NCBI GenBank assembly: GCA_964016885.1
Contig: OZ024747.1
Coordinates: 45,136,001 to 45,200,000 of the forward strand
Direction: 5' to 3'
DNA length: 64,000 nt
Origin: Eledone cirrhosa
Lineage: Eukaryota
Shown: positions 55,952 to 64,000 of the stretch, piece after piece
Numbering within the stretch: the first letter of the stretch is position 1
How the letters are laid out: each line of letters opens with the position of its first letter
The notes under the pieces: generated by a model
What the model was told of the DNA's origin: nothing
Databases searched by the model: none
What the model saw: only the letters and a program-made list of their open reading frames with translations
Translations under genes and position numbers: made by a program

Positions 55952-56540
55952 ATCATATATATATGCATATATATACGTGTGTGTGTCTGTGCCTAGTTGT
56001 GCATCTGTGTATACGTTTGGGCATGATTATTTGTGTAGTTTTAGTTGACCCGGAATGCACATCAGGTTGAATTGTGTTAAAACGATATGATATGAGGCAT
56101 TATAAAAAGGATATATTTAACACAGCCTGTCTTTTGTGGCTGTAGAAATATAGTTTATTGAAAATAAATAAAAGCACACATAAATACATTAATTAATCAA
56201 TCAATATTGAAACAAAATGTATATAAAAAAAAAAATCAAAACTAAAACCGCCCTAAATATGAGAAAATTAAATCAAATAATGTTGGCATCATAATAAATA
56301 TTGTTGCTAAGTAATTCTTCCAATAATTTAATATCCATGTCGGTTGGAAACTAAACAAAAAAATTTTCAAAAGAATTAAGTCTAAATTTGGCAACCAACA
56401 GTAAAAAAGAAAGCGATATCATTTGGAAATTAGCCAGTGCATTTTGATAGATATTACCTCTGTTTGCATATATGTAAATATATATATGTATAGATATATA
56501 TATATGTATGTATAAATATATATGTATATATATATGTACG

Positions 56541-56652
<112 letters not shown>

Positions 56653-56756
56653 TATGTATATATGTACGTATGTATATATGAATATATGTATGTATATATG
56701 TATGTATATATATATATATATATGTATAAATGAAAGTATAGAAATTATTGTAGAAG

Positions 56757-56808
<52 letters not shown>

Positions 56809-57214
56809 TATATGTGTATATATATATATATTGATATATGTATATATAGAGATATATATCTGTATATATATATATATATGTGTGTGTGAAACGATATTTA
56901 TATATGCACATGTGTTTGCTTGTATGTATGTATTCGATCAATCTTTTTTCAGACATTTTAACAGCTTTCATATTCTTTAGGTACATGTGGGTGCATGTGT
57001 GTGTGTGTGTGTGTGTGAATATATATTTTGTTCTGCATATATATCTATAAATACATGCATATATATCTATAAATACATGCATACACACACACGCATATAT
57101 ATATATAAATACATACATACATACACATACATTATAAGTATGAAATTTATAAAATCTTTTGAGTAGTCCTGTCATTTATGTATATATAGATATATATATA
57201 GATATATATATATT

Positions 57215-57301
<87 letters not shown>

Positions 57302-57852
57302 CTGTGTGTGTGTATAGTTTATACACTTTCATATACACACTAAACAGACAAACAAACACACAGACATCACATAAGCAACATAATATATATAGTTATATTT
57401 ATGTTTATAATGGATTTTAAATGTATTTTCAGATGACACAAATAGTGGTTTGCAGTAAATGCAATTATCAAATTATCAAATATCAGTGCAGTGCCTTTTA
57501 CACCTAAACTATGGTTAAGTTCAATTTAAATGTTTATTTATGGTCCAAATATTGAACCTTTTATCATCTTTTCAACAACAAAAAATCCACATCATCATCA
57601 ACAACAACAAATGAATAATTTTGTTCACTATACATTTATTTACTTCAAAAGCAACCTCTATTTCACTGCTTGTGTGGCAATTCGTAGAAAACTCCTCCTC
57701 AATAAACAAACAGCAAAACAATGACATATATTTCAAGCATACCATATCACATACATTCACAATGGTAAGTAGGTTTTGGTCAATGAAAAGTAATATAAAT
57801 CTGATTTTTATTAACAATGAAATAAGTCTCAAATAAATAAGTAAACAGATAG

Positions 57853-57905
<53 letters not shown>

Positions 57906-58764
57906 TGTGTGTGTGGGTGTATGTATTTATGTATAGATATATCTATATATGTACACACATACACACACACACACATATATATATATCCTTATATATCTGT
58001 ATATGTGTGAAGAGTGCGTGATTTGAAGTATGTGAAGTCTATAAACCAGTGTAGTACTCAATATATATTAAGTTGTGGTAAAGGTAATATAAGGTGTTGC
58101 TCTAACAGATGACCCTTTGTGAACATAACATATCTACACACACATATATAATTTTCACTATTGAAGTAGGGAAAGAAGGGCTTCCTTGTATGTTGAAAGG
58201 AAGGTTGTTAATATATATTCCAGTTTGACTTCTGGACTGAATGGTTGCAACAAAATGAACTTTTCTAAAGGCATCTAAGGGCCAGATTATGATGTTGACT
58301 CTTAACATCCTATAATGATTTAGTAGAAAATATCTGAAAAAGGGTTTGTTGATTCAAAAGTTTATAGTATTTCTACTAGTGTTAAGATTGTGAAAATTTG
58401 CATGTTATTTCTAAATATCCTGTAATGTTTTATCAGAAAATATCTTTAAAAGTTTGCTAATTCAACTATTTATAGTATCTTTACTACTGAACAGATTGGT
58501 GTGAGAATGTACAGTATTAGAGCAGATATTTTGATTATTAATGTGATGTAGGCATTGTACTGTTTTATACTTCTAATGCAGTTTCATAACTCAAAACATA
58601 CACATTCACACATACAATAACATCCATACCTGCACACACACATACATACATATCTACCTAGTTGATATTGTTTAAATTCCAATGAAAGAGCCTTGTGTCT
58701 ATGTTAGAAACTGACTCTCACTCTCCCCATTGGTAAGAATATATAAAACCAGAATAACATCTTA

Positions 58765-58945
58765 GTCTTAGTCTTAAATTCTTCTGTGGTGTTCGGCGCA
58801 TCGAGCAGTGAGTACTCACCAACAGTCACGATCAGCGGCAACTTTTTCGAGACAATGCCAGGTGATGTTCGCTGCCATCAGGTCCTTCCGGAACGTTCGT
58901 CACCAGGTGATTCTTGGGCAACCCCGCCTCCGTTTACCGCCACAA
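58765..58945 (-). mobile_element. RTE-like LINE 3' end
   Basis: GGKRRRGCPRITW*RTFRKDLMAANITW; tail (actaag)n. Confidence 0.65.
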
Positions 58946-59079
58946 AGTAACTGAACAGAAAATAGACAGTACAAGTAAATACAAACAAGCATTGTACTGC
59001 CTCTCTGTTTTTTTTCTCTGTTCATTTATTAAACTATATATATATATAAACAACAATCAAAGAGTGTATATATATATAT

Positions 59080-59282
59080 ATAGGAACAAGTAGGACCCCA
59101 ACGGCTGAGCTCAAGCCATTTCGACGGTTAATTCTGGACATTTTTAGTCCAGAATTAGCCGTCGAAACGGCTTGAGCTCAGCCGTTGGGGTCCTACTTGT
59201 TCCTATTACACACTCTACTACCCTAAGTATCGAGTACTTTGGTGCGTTATGGTCCATCTGGTCCCTTACCACATTTCCTTTG

Positions 59283-59284
<2 letters not shown>
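59080..59284. mobile_element. Mini PLE-like fold-back (family H)
   Basis: Arms 59080-59139 / 59147-59206, each with a hammerhead 3' half (GAAA-cggc..gccg-TT on the right arm). Tail 59207-59284. caacaatcaaagagtg is duplicated on both sides beyond (TA)n. Confidence 0.85.
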
Positions 59285-59376
<92 letters not shown>

Positions 59377-59392
59377 ACAATCAAAGAGTGTG

Positions 59393-59429
<37 letters not shown>

Positions 59430-60529
59430 ATATTTGTATATTTATATATAAACATCATTGTCATCTTTATCCTCAACCTCACTGATCTTGCTCTCCTGAT
59501 TATTATCATTATTATGTTGATCACTAAAATCATCATATCATCACAATTATATCATCATAAACATTTTTAGCATTATGATATCCATTAAAAAAAATCCTCA
59601 TCATCAATCTTATCTTCATCACCATCATCACCCTTATTATCATCATAATCTTTATCACAAACATCAATATAATCACCATCATCACACAATTTCCATCAAC
59701 ATCAATCTCATCATCATAATTGCACTAAGCATCATCATTATCATTGTAATTCTCATCATTATGTGACAGCACTCCACAAGAATATCTCACCAATGTGCCA
59801 ATGGTTTTTGAAAACAAACTTACCAAAGGGGGTGGCTTACTCATCACCCAACCACCACTACCATCATCATCATCACCTTAATCATTCAACTATTGCCTTT
59901 TTCATTACTAATGCTCTATTTACTATCTGATTGTAATCATTATCATCAATACAAGCTTCCATTAAACCTGCTTCTTCCTACTTTACCACCTCCCCTGCCT
60001 CCTCATTGCCATCATCAGAAACATTAGTAACTATTAGTGCCATAATCACCATTGCTGCTAACAAATATATTGCAGTCACTTTTAAGCTGCCTTCATGATC
60101 ATTGGCAAAAATCACTAGAGTATTGAATATATTTAGTTATGTCTCTTGCTCTGAGTTCAAATCTTGTCTTTCAAGTCAAATCAATTTTCACACATCTAAT
60201 GTTAATATAATAAGTAACAGTCAAATACTGGAGTTGATATCAATATATTATTGTGCTGCTGTGAGCAAATGTGATACTTCATTTTCTCTTTAGCTCTGAG
60301 GCCTCACAGATATATAGAAGCTGAAAATATTTGTATAAACTACATAAGATCAAAGAAAAATTCTCATTATTGATAGCATTTTAGCTTTTACTTTTCCAGA
60401 GTCAATATATAAAAGTAATAGTCCAAGGCAATGGACTTTTCAGACTTGCTAGAACACTGGATCAAATGCTTTATACTATCTGTTCCATTCATTTGCTTTC
60501 TGGGTCCAAATTCCTCTAAGGTACTGGTG

Positions 60530-60870
60530 GCTGACCAAGGGTAAAGACCCACGTTGGTCACAAATGACCATAAGATTTGCACTTAGAAAGTTACCCTCTG
60601 CGGCACATGTCTGAGCAAGGTTGTTTGTGGAAGACCAGCAGTTGCCCATGCATACGAGTCTCCCCTCTCCATGCCACTGATGTTGTCCAAGGGAAAGGCA
60701 AAGGGCAATACAGCTTGGCACCAGTGACGTCGCAACTCATTTCTACAGCTGAGTAAACTGGAGCAATGTGAAATAAAGTGTCTTGCTCAATGACACAATG
60801 CATCACTTGAACTCACAACCTCCTGAATGCATGCCCGATGTTCTAACCACCACTATGCCACGTGCCTTCA
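60530..60870 (-). mobile_element. tRNA/CORE-like SINE (S2 head, different body)
   Basis: gaaggcacgtggcatagtggtggttagaac...gagttcaag...ttgagcaagacactttatttcacattgctccag. Confidence 0.75.
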
Positions 60871-61390
60871 TGGGTAATCCCCCCAAATTGGAGAACCTCA
60901 GTCAGCCTACAATTGGACAACAAACAGGTAGAGTGACAACTGCATGCTCAGGCTTTCATCCAATAGTGGATGAAAAACCGCTGGAGGGAATTAATGACAT
61001 TTATCAACATCTTTTCTGCCATGAATGAAGAAATCATCATCAATATCATTTTTTAACATCTGCATTTCCATTGTTGAGTTTAAGAGTATCGAGATACATA
61101 ACTGTTATTGACCTATCAATATAATTCCTTTTTGCCCTCTGAAACGGTTGTAAAACAATGAATTAATCAACTACTAATTCTTGTCTTATTTGTTTTCATT
61201 GTTCAACATTAGATGTCTGACTCCAGTTTTTGAATACTCAATGACATGTACTGAATTTTTTTTTTTTTCACAAAAACAAATTTCACTTTGGATATTCATA
61301 TCAATACTACATTAAATTCTAATAGGGTTATAAGCCTTACTTTAATTGAGTAGAATATTAATGTGTGTGTCTATATATATATTTATAATA

Positions 61391-61547
61391 GTAATAATAA
61401 TAAATTTGAAGACTAAAATCCAAAGAGGGCTCGATAAGGATAAATATATATCAAATGTATAAGAACCGTAGAGCAAATATTTATTAAAATAACAGATTAA
61501 AGTTTAAGCAAAGAATGGCTGCTTTCACCCTTAACGGATCTTCTGAA
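61391..61547 (-). mobile_element. Solo PLE 3' end (family G)
   Basis: Reverse complement of 63748-63903; homologous to 47121-47185. Confidence 0.85.
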
Positions 61548-62100
61548 TATATATATATACATATATATATACATGTATATATACATATACATATATATAC
61601 ATATATATATACATATATATACATATATATATACATATATATATACATGTATATGTATAACATGTATATGTATATATATGTATAAATACATATATACATA
61701 TACATAAATATATATATACATATACATAAATATATACTTACATATACATATATATATACATATATATATAATATATATATATATATACATATATATATAA
61801 TATACATATATATATACATATATATATATTTATATATACATATACATATATATACATATATATATATATTTATATATACATATACATATATATACATATA
61901 TATATATATTTATATATATACATATATATACATATATATACATATACATATATATACATATACATATATATACATATATATACATATATATACATATACA
62001 TACATATACATATATATACATATATATATACATATACATATACATATATATATACACATATACATAAATATAATATACATATATATACATATACATACAT

Positions 62101-62135
<35 letters not shown>

Positions 62136-62194
62136 CATGTATATATACATATATACATATATATGTATATAATGTATATACACATATATATACT

Positions 62195-62378
62195 CTGGAA
62201 GTCGGTGAGCATGTCCAGCTAACACCAGTCTCCTCTGTTACACTTTTGAGCTGACTTTTGGGAGGCTCCCATACAGCTCTGAGTTTTTCATCCTAAGTGT
62301 ATACTGATTAATGTTCAGAGCCACCCTCAGCATTCTCGTGTAGCACCCATCCCCCATCTCGGGAATTTTACCTGCCCT
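62195..62378 (-). mobile_element. RTE-like LINE fragment
   Basis: [37 protein letters not shown]; related to 4517-4880. Confidence 0.75.
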
Positions 62379-62589
62379 AGATAGATATATATATATACAC
62401 ATATATATATATACATATATATACATATATATACATATACATATATATACATATATATGCAAAAGTTTTATTTAAAATTGTTGGGTTACAACGAGTAAAT
62501 ATTTTATAACTGATATAAAAGCACTCAACAGTTTCTGGAGTAGGTTTACGATATTAAACAAATGGAAACTATATTTATAAAACCATATT

Positions 62590-62655
62590 TATTTCGTTAT
62601 ATATATTTCTGGGATATCATATTAAAAATATGGTATGCCTTCCTCAGACAAAATA
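62590..62655 (-). ncRNA. Type I hammerhead (family A, left arm)
   Basis: Mirror of 62884-62949. Confidence 0.75.
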
Positions 62656-62883
62656 CAATAAATAAGCTGTTTTATAAATAATTTTGACATACCTTATAAT
62701 AATGCAACTTCCATTTAAAAAGTTGATTTGGTAGTGAAACTGTTATGACAGTTATATAGAAAGAAAAACGTTTTTCTTTCTATATAACTGTCATAACAGT
62801 TTCACTACCAAATCAACTTTTTAAATGGAAGTTGCATTATTATAAGGTATGTCAAAATTATTTATAAAACAGCTTATTTATTG

Positions 62884-62949
62884 TATTTTGTCTGAGGAAG
62901 GCATACCATATTTTTAATATGATATCCCAGAAATATATATAACGAAATA
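62884..62949 (+). ncRNA. Type I hammerhead (family A, right arm)
   Basis: tattttgt-CTGAGGA-aggcataccatatttttaatatgatatccca-GAAA-tatata-TA-acgaaata; stem II imperfect. Confidence 0.75.
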
Positions 62950-62995
62950 AATATGGTTTTATAAATATAGTTTCCATTTGTTTAATATCGTATAC

Positions 62996-63098
<103 letters not shown>

Positions 63099-63099
63099 T

Positions 63100-63323
63100 C
63101 ATCATCATCATCTTTTTACATCCGCTTTTCTCTGCTTGCAAGGGTTGGATGGGTCCTATTCAGCACAGCATCTCTCCACTTGTCACGGTCCTTCATCATC
63201 TCCTCGGTGAGTTTCAGCGATCTGAGGTCTGCTCTCACCACCTCCGCCCATGCTTTTTGTTGTCTACCTCTACCGCGTCTTCCTTCTACTGGGATTTCTT
63301 TACCCAGCGGTCATCCTCCATGT
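63100..63323 (-). mobile_element. RTE LINE 3' end
   Basis: Same family as 15957-16248. Confidence 0.85.
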
Positions 63324-63637
63324 GGATGTTGCAGACATTGTCTACCTACCCGGGTCATGAGGGGGTTTGAGGGCGAGGTAAGTCCTACGCAATCAGTGTT
63401 TACATGCGGTTACAAGTTCGTCTTTTTTGTTTAGCAGTTGGTCCTTCATAGACAGCATTTGTATTGTTCCCTCCAAGTATAATTTACACAGACGGCACCC
63501 TCCCATGTAGGAGTTAGCCCGGGTGGGTAGACAATGACTGCAACATCCTTCTTTTCCCCACTTGCCGAACAAGATTGAGTATTGAGTACTCTGGTGCATT
63601 ATCATCCATCTGGTTCCTTACCACACTTCCTTCGTTC

Positions 63638-63638
<1 letters not shown>
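63324..63638. mobile_element. Inverted-repeat element with family-H-like PLE tail
   Basis: 31-bp arms 63324-63354 / 63518-63548, then gagtattgagtactctggtgc..ccatctggttccttaccacacttccttcgtt and (TA)n. Confidence 0.65.
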
Positions 63639-63677
<39 letters not shown>

Positions 63678-63678
63678 T

Positions 63679-63903
63679 ATATTTATTAAAATAACAGATT
63701 AAAGTTTAAGCAAAGAATCGCTGCTTTCACCCTTAACGGGATCTTCTCAGAAGATCCCGTTAAGGGTGAAAGCAGCGATTCTTTGCTTAAACTTTAAACT
63801 GTTATTTTAATAAATATTTGCTCTACGGTTCTTATATATTTGATATATATTTATCCTTATCGAGCCCTCTTTGGATTTTAGTCTTCAAATTTATTATTAT
63901 TAC
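63679..63903. mobile_element. Mini PLE-like fold-back (family G): 139-bp palindrome + tail
   Basis: Palindrome 63679-63817 centred on C63748 with one mismatch; CAGAAGA-tcccgttaagggt-GAAA-gca..tgc-TT-aaact; tail 63818-63903. Confidence 0.88.
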
Positions 63904-64000
63904 ATATATATATAGAGAGTTTTATTCTTTTACTGGTTTCAGTCATTTGAATGTAGGGATATCAATACAAGTACTTATTTGTTTAAGTCAGGTATTTATT

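Larger units (their letters stand above)
62547..62992. repeat. Spacer-less 446-bp palindrome (family A fold-back; tail 62460-62546)
   Basis: Symmetric about aaaaac|gttttt at 62769/62770; no mismatches seen by eye. Confidence 0.95.

Noticed and set aside
59450-60060. His/Ile-rich ORFs
   Set aside because: Degenerate (ATC)n microsatellite.
63490-63548. HDV-like ribozyme (cct-cccatgt-agg resembling P3/L3)
   Set aside because: No matching P1 or P2 partner strands found.

Overview
AT-rich eukaryotic (animal) genomic DNA dominated by (TA)n/(CA)n/(ATC)n microsatellites and transposon relics. The SINE/LINE repertoire resembles that of an octopod cephalopod (inference). No intact host gene is supportable, and most ORF-track entries are microsatellite noise. 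Recognisable content: three decayed Penelope-like retroelements (PLEs; one Neptune-like with inverted arms, two Naiad-like), RTE and R4/Dong LINE fragments, two tRNA-derived SINE families, mariner/Tc1 relics, MITEs and a Helitron. The most striking signal is RNA-structural. Reading both strands reveals about a dozen complete type I hammerhead ribozyme motifs plus several half-motifs, from roughly eight unrelated sequence families, nearly all embedded in (TA)n. They occur as (i) tiny non-coding fold-back palindromes with ribozyme motifs on opposite strands and a one-sided ~70-90 nt tail, and (ii) a 1.6-mer tandem element whose two ribozymes would excise a 626-nt RNA (retrozyme-like). All folds and alignments were done by eye.
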